The notes beneath the pieces were generated by a model. That model did no database searches. It was not told the origin of the DNA and was given only the letters and a program-made list of their open reading frames with translations. 64,000 nt of DNA, from assembly GCA_965113315.1 (NCBI GenBank), contig OZ220377.1; one strand, given 5' to 3'. The translations under genes and the position numbers were made by a program. The stretch is from Podarcis vaucheri (Eukaryota). Positions 53,741 through 64,000 of the stretch are shown one piece after another. The number at the start of each line of letters is the position of its first letter. Position 1 is the stretch's first letter.

Positions 53741-54499
53741 GTGCCCACTCCAAAGAAGTCTACAGTTTCGTAGTTTGTTTTAAATTGAGTAGTGAATTAC
53801 AAAAACATCCCACCCACTAAGTGTGAAAGGAGACTTGCATATCCATTGAGTTGTAACCTTCTACCGTAATGGTACAGTTCTGTCTTAAAGATCTAACAGC
53901 CAAGAAGCCTTAGGAAGTGATGGAGGTATTGTCCTGCCACTGAAGATGAAGCCACATCAGTGGAATGATATGTCCACTGGCAGACCTCCCCTAGTATGTT
54001 GGTGGAAGCCTCCGATATCCTGAATGATCTGGACAGAAACAGGGTGTGTTGTGGGCATAAAATTGTTACTCTGTATTGCTCCTCTTTATTTAAAGCAATA
54101 AATTAGAAACCATCGTACATAACACTTTCAACCTAGATAATGACAGATAATTAACTAACAGAGTTCACAGAACTTTAGTAAAAATATCCATATTCAGCTT
54201 GCCACAATTGTACAAAAGGTGAAGCTGGCTAAATGTTTGGATCTTGGCAGTTTTCCTTCTTTTATTTAAGATGATGTAGTTTTTCTCTGTACCTAAATAG
54301 ATTTTATTGAAAAAATAGATTTTGTCACAAGTTTCTGTACATTGCAGGATACTTGACTTTCTAGTAACCTGAACACTGTAACCCAGTGCAGTATATCACA
54401 TGAGAAGTTACAACTCCCACTTGCAAACTTACTCACCTCTTAGTGATGTCAGAGGAGAATAATACAGTAGTTGAATTCCAGGTCTCTGACATCAGCATG

Positions 54500-55535
54500 A
54501 CCTGAAATCTTCCTTGCAGTGGCTACGGCGGGATGGGGTGAGGTGGCAGCAGTGGTGGAAACATCTCCTGAATCAAAATTAACAAGAGCTGAAGAAAAAC
54601 TGTGGGATACACAGTTCTCCCAGCTGTGAATTGATTCTTGCTCCTGTGTGGAAGTGACTTACAGATACTAGCCTCTGTGCTATTTAAAGTGCTACAGTGA
54701 AGCTGGTTAGTCTACATTGGCAAATGAAGGAGCCCTAACAATTTTTTTGGACTGAACTCATTTGACTTTTAATTTCCATCTGTGCTCTTGTTGCGTGCAG
54801 TTCTTTGGAAGGGAGAAGTGAGCAAATCTGGCTTACATAGAACAGATGATTCAGTTGTCAGAAGCGAAGTGAAGGCTGTACTTGAATGCAGTTTAGCCGT
54901 GGATCAGGAGAGGGAGTCTAGGAGCTCTGAAAACCAGATTTAGGGGGTGGGGTCGTTGCCTTTGGCTGCTCCACCCTCACTTTGTGTCAGCAGGTAGAAA
55001 GTGCTTGCAGTCCCAGGGGAGGGAGGCAGAGAGCAGAGAGTACAAGCTACGAGCCACAGGTTTTTTTGGAAGGGTTTTTGCCTCCTAGTAGCTGATCCAG
55101 TGGTGCTGTTCTGGAAAGGAAGCTCTCCCACGACCTCTGCAGAGCTGCCCAAGTCCACTCAACCCCTCGGGTCCCTGCTACTCCTTTGAAGAACAAGATC
55201 ACATTCTCCCTTAAAGCAACCTTCCGAAGTTTGCCGCTGGATTTCTGCTGTTTGAAGCAACTTCTTTCCTGCTCCCTGCTCAGACTTGCTTACTGTATCC
55301 GCTGAAAGAAGGGGAGGTTGTTCTGCTCAAACTCAAAAGGAGTTTTCAGAAGTGCTCCTGGATTCCTAGCAAGATTTTTTTTAGGTTGCTTTGGAAGCTA
55401 GATTGTCGCCACGCCTGGCCCACGAGTCTTCAGCCTGGAGTCAATTTTTCCTTCTGATTCAGACTGGAATTTCACATTTACCTGTATAGAATGTCTCTGC
55501 AAGTCTCCTCACTCTCCCCTCAGTCCCTGAAATCT
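54500..55535 (+). promoter_or_regulatory. RNF43: Probable RNF43 promoter and non-coding first exon (donor aatct|gtaagt at 55536)
   Basis: Repeat-free sequence between the HSF5 polyA signals and RNF43. TATTTAAA at 54681, TCF-type CCTTTGAAG at 55183-55191, consensus donor. TSS is inferred only. Confidence 0.4.
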
Positions 55536-56353
55536 GTAAGTAAGATTCAGCACACATTTTGATTGATTACTGAAATATTTTTTTGTCCAGGATTTGTAGT
55601 GAACCTTCCAGCTGTTACTTAAACCCATGGATTCTCAGAGGCAAACTACATACCAGGTTTGCATGCCACTTTAAAAAAATATTTCCCCTCCTTTACTTGA
55701 CTGAACAAACATTTTCGCAGATAAATGTCTATGATTTTCTGCAGTCATGAAGATTTCCGGTGGATATTTTTTTTCTAATGTTTAGGATGCCTTCTTTCAT
55801 GTTTTCAGTAATGCACATCTAAAAGCGGATATATTAATTCCGAGATTTGTGTAGGAATGGAATAAAATGCACAGGTGTCTCTCTCCGTAGTTGTTTTTCC
55901 TGTTTGGGGCCTTTTTAAATTTCCAAGATCTGAAAAACATCTGAGCAATGTCTTGTTCCTTTCATGAATTTAGGGAGTTGCAGATTATACCATCTGGATT
56001 AAAAATGACAAACGGGTGGAAAATTCCAACCTAGAAGATTGATTTTAATACCTACAACCAGGTGACTGAGGTGTTGGCACCAGAGGCAGGTGGAGAGAAA
56101 TAGATGAAGACATAGCTGATGACAGTGATCTTAATTTAACATGAAAAAAACTGGTTGACTGTTCTGACTCCTAAATGGAGCCCCTTCCCAGTCACCATTG
56201 CCTGTTCATCTGTGGCATGGAAAGGAGAGAGAGACAAGAATAGTTAACGTTCTTGGAGAGGAGTAGATGGGAAAAGTAACTCACTGGTCAGAAGTCAACA
56301 AGGGCTGCTAAGGCCATCTGATATCAGGGGATTGGCCCTGTTTGCCATCCTAG

Positions 56354-56811
56354 GATATAAGAGGCTAAAAGGATTTGGGAAGCAGAGATTGTCTTTCCAT
56401 GGGGAACTGCCTCTCTCCAACCACCAGCTCTGACACCCTTCCCAGAAGAACCCAAGAGCTCTTTGTACCCTACGCTCCCCGAGCCCCCTTGGTTCTGCTT
56501 ACAACATCTGAGTTCATCTGGAGGAGGAGGAGGAGGAGAACCTGACCTGATCCTTGTGATCTTGTGGAGCTTGAGGCCTTCATACACGTGGCACGGAGAA
56601 ACCTTCCTAGCACAGGGGAAACAAGGAGAACCGGAGGTAGGGACGGCAGGTAACCCTGCTCTGTTTTCTCCTCTGACCCATTGACTGCTGCCGCCACACG
56701 GAGGGCTTCTAATCCTCAACAATTTTTGCCTGTTGTTGGAACCTGCTGGCGGGGTGAGGACACATTCCTGAGCAGTATGTGTGGCCGGAGCGCACTGCTG
56801 CACCTGGGAGC
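56354..56811 (+). other. RNF43: Probable 5' UTR part of the RNF43 ATG-containing exon
   Basis: Acceptor ccctgtttgccatcctag|56354. Mammalian RNF43 is recalled to have a long UTR in this exon. Confidence 0.5.
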
Positions 56812-57048
56812 ATGAGTGTTGGCCCCCAGCTACAGCTGGCAGTCCTCTGGCCTTGGCTGCTAATGGCTACGCTGCAGATACGCCTGGGCTACTCAGGACT
56901 GGCTCTGGTGGCGGCCATGGAAGCCGAGCGCTCTTTGGTCCAGAAGGCAATCATCCGGGTGATCCCTCTGAAGCTGGAGCCCCTCACACTGGAAGGAGTC
57001 TTCGCAAGTGTGGCCGAGGTCACCCCAGCTGAAGGGAAACTGCTGCAG
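56812..57048 (+). CDS. RNF43: E3 ubiquitin ligase RNF43, first coding exon (signal peptide and start of PA ectodomain); gene continues beyond the window
   Basis: [22 protein letters not shown]...[11 protein letters not shown]...[22 protein letters not shown]|gtaaga, 79 codons, matches the recalled RNF43 N-terminus and synteny. Confidence 0.96.
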
Positions 57049-57318
57049 GTAAGAGGACCTTTATTCTGCTTCCCCCCAGCCCCTCTCCCTGCCCCACTTC
57101 TGTCCAGTGGTTGGTCTGTTGACTACAGGGGTATTCCATTCCACCAAGAAACCAAAGCCTCAGAGTTTTCTTGTGGAGGTGCCCACCTGTCTGGTTTTCA
57201 GTGTTGTTTTTACTCCTCTTCCGGCTGCTAAGCAAGCATAAAGTTAGGGACATGTGGCTTCCATGCAAAAGTGTGAATTCTCTTTGTGAATGAAATGTGA
57301 AGGCACCAAAACCCGAGG

Positions 57319-57320
<2 letters not shown>

Positions 57321-57364
<44 letters not shown>
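57321..57364. repeat. (CT)22 microsatellite
   Basis: Read directly. Confidence 0.95.
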
Positions 57365-57370
<6 letters not shown>

Positions 57371-60024
57371 CATCATTTTGGTCTTCCTCCATTGCATCCA
57401 GAAATCTTTCCTCCCATTTGGTTTCTTTTGGCGACAAGGTGTGTTTCCAGATAGTCACCTCCAGTGATCTGCTCCCTTCTCCTGTCCCAAAGAGCTGTGT
57501 TCTGAAGTGATGGCCATGTATCTTTTGACCACGAGTTTCTATGATGACTCAGAAACTTCAGTCATGGGTTCTCTTGTTTTGGTCATGAGAGGGAGAGATG
57601 CAAGAAGGGGCTTCTTGCAAATGGGAAAACCCAACGCCCCTCGTTGTGAAGCCCAGTCTATTGTGATGGAGCACAGCTGCTGCTCTGCGTTCGTGTGCCA
57701 TCTTGCCTCGCAACCTGTGACTCACCTCGCAGGGTCCTCACATGACTTGAGTTCATTGTTGTCAAGGCAAGTAGTACAAAGCCCAGCCGATGCCCTGTAG
57801 TTTACAAAATCCAGTTCAGAACCCTTAATGAGTTGGAAGCTGCCGACAGTGGTTGAATTTAGCTGGGCTGAAACCAAAATTGTAAGTGAGTTGGAGCAGT
57901 TGCGTTGGGTTGAACTGGTTTGAGGGGGCTACTTGGGAGACAGAGAAGAAACAAAAAGTGGCAGATTTATTGGGTGGTTTATGAATGCCCATGTGAACAG
58001 AAGAAGATAAGAAGAGCCTGCTGGATCAGGACAATGGCCTATCTGGTCCAGCATCCTGTTGTTACAGTGGCTGACCAGATGCCTGTGGGAAATGCACAAA
58101 CGTAAGAGCACTCCTGTGGCTCAATGGGTCAAATTGTTGAGGTCCAGGAGTTGAGGGATTAAGAATGCAACTCCCCACTAACATGTGAGAGAACACGAGT
58201 CTTCTCTTGGGTTCCTGTGTCTTCTCTTGGTGGTGTTGGTAGAACATCCATCTTGCATGTGGAAGGTCCTTGCTTCTTATAATCCTAGCATCTCCATCTC
58301 AAAGGATCTGACGTGAGTAGAGCTAAGAGCCCTGTCTGTGACTCAGAGAACCTCTGCCAGTCAAAGTAGAAAATGTTAAGCAAGTTGGACCATTTTTTCA
58401 ATGCAGCACCAGGCAGCTTCATATGATTAAAGGAACATGTACTTGTTTGGCCTATTTAAATGTGGAAGAGCCTTGCTTCATTGCTGACATCACTTATTAA
58501 AGGATCTCAGGTAACAGGCTGGGAAAGACCTCTCTCTGCATGAGATCCTGGCTGCCAGTCAGAGTAAGTGATACTGGCTGCAAGGAGCAGCAGCACAAGG
58601 CAGCTTCATACATTGCATTGGATTTATTTACTTTACAGCAATGTTCACTAGATGTCTGATGCTGACATCGGTCAGTTATCACAGCTTAGATGCTAGTAGT
58701 GATAAAGTTGGCTCTGGATACTTGTTCAGAGAGTTTTGGGCAAATGATTACCTTCTGGAGATGCAGAATGTTATCTCGCAGAGCGGAATGAGATGGTTCT
58801 GGAATAGAACATCTCTGATAATTGCAAACGAGAATAAGGCTGCCTCCTGCACACTTCCAGAGCAAAAGAATGTCCCGTCAGCTTGATCTGACTATCTCAA
58901 TCTTTTTTAGAATCCTAGAACTGCAGAATTGGAAGGGACCCCAAGGGTCAGTTAGTCCAACCCCCTACAATGCAGGGATTACAGCTAAAGAATCCATGCA
59001 AGAGTAATATTAATATTACTCATAGTTCTTGTATCCCGCCTTATTTTGTCCAAGGCTCTCGGAGAAACCTATATGGCATACACAGTAATTTAGCTTATTT
59101 TATCTTCAGAACAACCCTATGATATACATTATTACTGAAAGATAATAAATGGCCCAAGGTCCCCTATTATTTATTTATTTTCATGCCACCGATATGCTTG
59201 AAAGTCCAAGAGGACCAGTCCCTGCCTGATGAAGGAACGTAGAGGAATTTGACAACAGGGGAAGTGAAGGCAGGGAAAGAATGTGCAATTATTCCATTTA
59301 TTTCTTAGATTTATTTCCTGCAACTTTCTCCAACATGTATGCATATTAAGGCTTGGTGACAGACTAAGTTACAATATAGCATGGTTGTGCGGAAGACTTC
59401 CTAGAAAAGTTGGGTATTAAGGGGGAATTTGAAGGAAGTGAAAGATGGCAGCATCCATGCGTTGTGGGGGAGCAGGTCCAAGCAAAGGAGAAAAGATGGG
59501 GTCATATGAGAGAGCTGTGGGTCCCACCCAGCATGTGGCTGATTCAAGGCCCATATTTATTTATTTATTTATTCAGTCTGTGGCACCAAGTACATCACAC
59601 CGGCTTTCAAACATCTTGTCATGAGCTGAAAGGCCCCTGCTGGGACCCAGTGCTGAAGAGAGCATGATTCTGCAACTGTTATTTGTGCCTTTCATAACTA
59701 ACAGGTTAGGGTTGCTGCTATGCATTCTGTGTGGAACTGCCTTTAAAAATGGCAGTGGCTCTCATAATGATGGTCAACAGCCACAATTGCACTCTGTGTG
59801 TTCAGTATGAATTGTTTATTGTTGTTGGTGCTGCAGGCAAATTTAATAAAAACTTTTTTTAAAGAATAAGCTGCCAGAATGTTATCTGAGCCTGTCATAT
59901 GGAGCCTACAATTTAGAGGGCTGGCTTTAGCCTTTGGAGCTGCCAGACGCAAAGTGGGCTATATTGCCCCTTCCGGAGGGGGCAGTGTGATTCCCTAGCG
60001 GACTTGAATTAACTAAACCACATA

Positions 60025-60413
60025 GTGTTAACTGGATTTTGAATATGCGTGCATTGAATTGTTGCCATTTCACGTTTTACTGTCTTTATTCTCTTCCTTA
60101 GTGTGTCATGCAAACTGCTATTCTGAATAATTCTTTTTATGTGCCTCATCCACATATATCGATTTCATACCACTTTAACAGTCATGGTTTCCCCAAGGAA
60201 TCCTGGGAACTGTAGTTTGTTATGGGTGCTAGAAACTGTGAAGTGACTCCCATCTCTCTCCCAGGACTATAATTCCCAGAGTTCCCTGGGAAGAGGGATT
60301 GACTGTTAAAACCAGTTTGGCATGGATGTGCCCTATAGTGTGTGGTAAGGGGCATTGTGGATGAGTGTATGGAACCAAGAAGACGGTGGCCCCCCCAAAA
60401 TTGGGAACCATGG
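60025..60413. mobile_element. Diverged copy of the 19705-20005 hAT MITE, interrupted by a second element (about 60142-60350)
   Basis: 60028-60141 aligns to about 19823-19935 and 60350-60413 to about 19936-20005. The insert resembles the reverse complement of about 11005-11130. Confidence 0.65.
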
Positions 60414-63400
60414 ATTTAGAAATCTACTCTGAGTGGGACTAACATTAGATACAACCCATAAGCTTTCCCATTGTTGGCACTGGCATTATGCAACACTCTC
60501 CCAAGGGACACCAGTCTCCATCACTGTTCACCTTCTGGCTGGCAATAAAAATCCAGTTATTCATTGAGGACAGGGAGGCATTGAGATAGGACAGGCTGAT
60601 TGTGAGTAGCTTCCTTTTGACCCATCTGTTGGCTGCTGCTATTCGCTATTCCTGCTGTGTTGATTTGACCTCCTGCCCGTTATAAATTGCTTTATAATCT
60701 TTTTATTGTGGTAGTCCACCCCGGGAGGTCTTTCATTTGGAAAGTGTTTGAAGTCAATAAACAACAAGGAACTTGGGAGCCCACAGTGATACCTGGAGGC
60801 CAATTGCCGCAAATAACTTCTAGGTCAAAAGCTCAAAATCTGGCAGCTACACATCTGGTAAGGCCACCTCTGAATCCATTGTCCAAGCAAGGCAAGGACT
60901 CAGTGGTGACTGTTTTTTTTAGGGTAGTGGCACCTCTCAGCACCTCTCTTCTGCATGCGTCCAGGACTTTAAACAGGCTGATACCTTCTGTGCATCCTTA
61001 GAATCTAACAGGGCCATTGCTGGCTGCACCACATGTACCAGCAATCTTCACTAATTATTTTTGAGTGGATGCAACCTGAAGCACTTCCGACATCTTCAAG
61101 GGCAATCCAATAGCAAGCGCATTGCAGCAGCCCATCATAAAAACTTACGCATTATGTTGCACAGATCTGTTTCAAGGGAGAAGCACTTGATCTTCTGAGG
61201 GATCCTTTCCACACTGGGGGTGGGGGTGGGAAGGGAAGCTGCCATTAAGACATCCTGTCTGAATGGCAAAAGATGCACAAATCCAGGGCAGAACCTGCCA
61301 GGTTGAGCTTCTGCGACATCTGCTCAGTGACAGAACAGTGTTTTAGAAAATCAAAAGTCGGTTTAGGTTAAGGGGATGGATGCCCATGCAGCTTGGGGAA
61401 AGGATTGGTTCTGAGTTGGAATTGAAGGTGTGGGCAACATGGAGTAATGCCTTGACTCTCATATTTAGGAGGGTAAAGGAGCGGAAATCAAGGATAGTGT
61501 AAATGCAAAAGGCTGATATGAGATGAAGCAGGCCAGGAACCAAAGGAGGGGGGAGCCCTCCGCACATAGGTCTGCCACTCTAAGCCCCAATCCAGTGCCA
61601 GAGGTTTCTATGTGGAGAGACTGAGGTGTGCAGCGCTGTAAACCTGGGGTTTGCCTGGTCAGGTGAGGGAGCGGGGTGGGGGGCGGACTTGCTTGTCATC
61701 CTCCACTGGCCTTGCTCTGTGTGCTGTGAGCAGGAAGGAGCATGACGCTGGGAGGGCATCAAAGGAAACAAGCAGGAGGTGAGGGGGTTAGAAAGGGGCT
61801 CAGTTTCAAGCCAGAGTTCTCAAAGTGAGTTTGGTAGTGCTTAAACCCCCGCCCTGCCCAATAATTGCATTTTAATCTGGGTTGGTGATGGTCCCATGTA
61901 ACACTAGATCGGACGAGTGGGGGGTGGGAGAGGCTATGTGATGCCTAAACCCTGATTGTGGCCATGATTCAGAAGAGAACCCAATCCCATCCCATCCCCC
62001 GCTTTTAATTTCACAAATGCCAGCCCCATTGTCCTAAATAGTTTTGGATTAAGAGTGCTTAACCAGATAGGAAGCTTCCAAGACTGGAGGCTCACTTCCT
62101 CCTTACATTAATGCAACCTGAGAGCGAATTAGAAACCTACAAAGGTTTAAACTCAAATCACTCCCAGCTTGGCTTTTGCATGCATATATTCACATATATT
62201 TTACATATATAGATTGCGTACTCTAAAGAGCCTCAATGCTACAGTAACCTCAGGAAAAGACAACAACTTTCTGCCACAGTCTTAACCTAGTGTTTTCATT
62301 TTAACCCCTTTGAACTCTCTCATTTTCTCTCAGTACCGCATTTCATTTCCGTACCCCATCTCTGTTGACCCCCTTGCATGCTGTAACGTTTGCATTCTCC
62401 ATCTTCCGGTAGCCTCTTTTTTTCTTCAGTCAGGTTTTCTTGTTGTCTTTCTTTTTCTTAATCCCCATCTCTTTCCCCTCCCTGCCTTCACATCTTTCCC
62501 CTCCTCCTTGCACAGTTCTGCGGCAGAAGCACACAAGCCTTTCACTCTCCCAGCAAGTCACACTGTAGGAAGGCTAGGGTGTCTTGTATGGCAGGTTGGT
62601 TGGTTGCATTTGGCTGAAAATATTTAGTTCCACTTCACTTCTAAATCCAGGGAGAGGAAAGCACTATTTCTCTATTTTGGCTGCAAAAAGTAGGTGCCTT
62701 ACCTGGTGCAGACCTTGCTTAATTAAGTGATATTATTCTAGAGGATTTGTTCTGGACTAACCACTGCTTTTTCTTTTCTTTTTTTCAATGGGAAAGAGAG
62801 TGAAACTTCATCCGGATCAACATTCCTTTGCAATATCTATAGCTGTGAAGGAAGTGGCCTGTTCACTGTGCTCTTGAATTTAGCAAGAAATTTAAGCGCC
62901 TAGTGAACACCCAGCTTCCTTCATGGCTATAGATATACCACCTGCTTGCTTTCAAGAAAATAACACAAGCAAGACAGGGTGACGCCTGATCGAAATTTGC
63001 AAAATTCAGGTGGTGCATGACGACTGCATTTCACATTTTGGAACATTTGGAACTTTCCCCTCTCTTTGCAGCTGTAATATACATTTCAGTCTCTCAGTTG
63101 TGCTCCATCTTGAAACATGTAGATATGATGAGCTCTCAGCATGTACCTGTATTTCTACCACCACAGAGGAATGATTGGTGACTTGTGAGGCATGTTCACA
63201 GTTCACGCACAACAACCCCAGACCTGTCCAGCACCCTGTTTGTGAGCTAAGGGTGTGCCCTAGAATTGCTCACATCCCCATAATTCTTTGCAACGTATAA
63301 GGGCTCAAACGCAAAGCTCATTGGCAGCTGAAAACATTTTGACAGTTTTTCCTGAAGACAGGAGGACTGATCTCTAACACCAGGGCAATAAGCAGGGCTG

Positions 63401-64000
63401 CTATATGTTCTCCTGGTTGGCATTGGCGCGGAGAGAGAAAAGTGTAGGATGTAGAATTGGGTACGTAAACTTGCTTTCATTTTGTTAAAGGTTCTAGTCC
63501 TCATGGGTGCAAAACTCCATATTTGGGAGGATGATATTTAGCACTGGGGAGCACTGGATGCAGTGACCAAATTCAGGGGTGGGTGGGTGTGACACAATTG
63601 TCTTAGTACAGGAAATCTCACTGAATTTGGGAGTGAGGAGGCAAGTAGGAGACACCATACATTTTTTGCTTTTTAAACGTTCATCGGCATTCATTTCCTG
63701 CATAGTCCATATCCATTGTGCTAAACATCCAGTTCCTTTGATGATCCATGTGTGTCGTGAGTTGACATTCCTGCTACCTGATAAGATCACCCCTAGTTTC
63801 TTAACTCATGAAAAGATTGGTTAACCACAGCCCCATGACTGGTTTAGCATGAAAAGCTACCCTTCAGAGGCTCCTAGCTGTAGGAGGAGAGCAGCAGTGA
63901 ACATGGTACGTTTGGGTGAACTCAAGTCTCTGGGTACCTGGCAGCTTCTTGCTCCAGAACTGATGAATGAACTTCCCCAGAGGCTGAGTACAGGTGTTAA

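Noticed and set aside
56779-56811. N-terminal extension of RNF43 suggested by the ORF track ([11 protein letters not shown])
   Set aside because: It starts at GTG, not ATG. The ATG at 56812 matches the known signal-peptide start.
57049-64000. Further RNF43 exons or a nested gene
   Set aside because: I found no match to the expected next exon (SHPLYLCN...-like) and no ORF with protein-like character. Consistent with a long intron.

Overview
This is vertebrate genomic DNA, most likely from a squamate reptile. The SINE/CR1/MITE complement suggests a lacertid-type lizard, but the species cannot be fixed from the sequence. Three + strand genes lie in the same order as human 17q22. (1) MTMR4 has a complete CDS of 18 coding exons (5420-34462, 1161 aa) and a second candidate 5' exon at 608-659. 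(2) HSF5 has a complete CDS of 6 exons (38764-51934, 676 aa), with exon 1 in a CpG island. (3) RNF43 is partial: its first coding exon is 56812-57048 and the following intron runs off the window. All coding exons were assembled by hand, have GT-AG junctions and join in consistent phase. Introns contain tRNA-derived SINEs, CR1/L2 fragments, TIR elements with target-site duplications and microsatellites. I found no CRISPR array, rRNA, intact tRNA or wholly new multi-gene system. The best leads are regulatory: (a) the HSF5 promoter carries clustered STRA8/MEIOSIN-type CNCCTCAG motifs plus MYB, E2F and E-box sites; (b) long Gly/Ser loops are inserted in the HSF5 DNA-binding domain; (c) the RNF43 leader has two uORFs, one starting with an MGNCLS lipidation-like motif and one whose stop overlaps the RNF43 start; (d) a 102-bp palindrome has arms differing only by transitions. 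Comparisons with mammalian orthologues are from recall and need checking by alignment.
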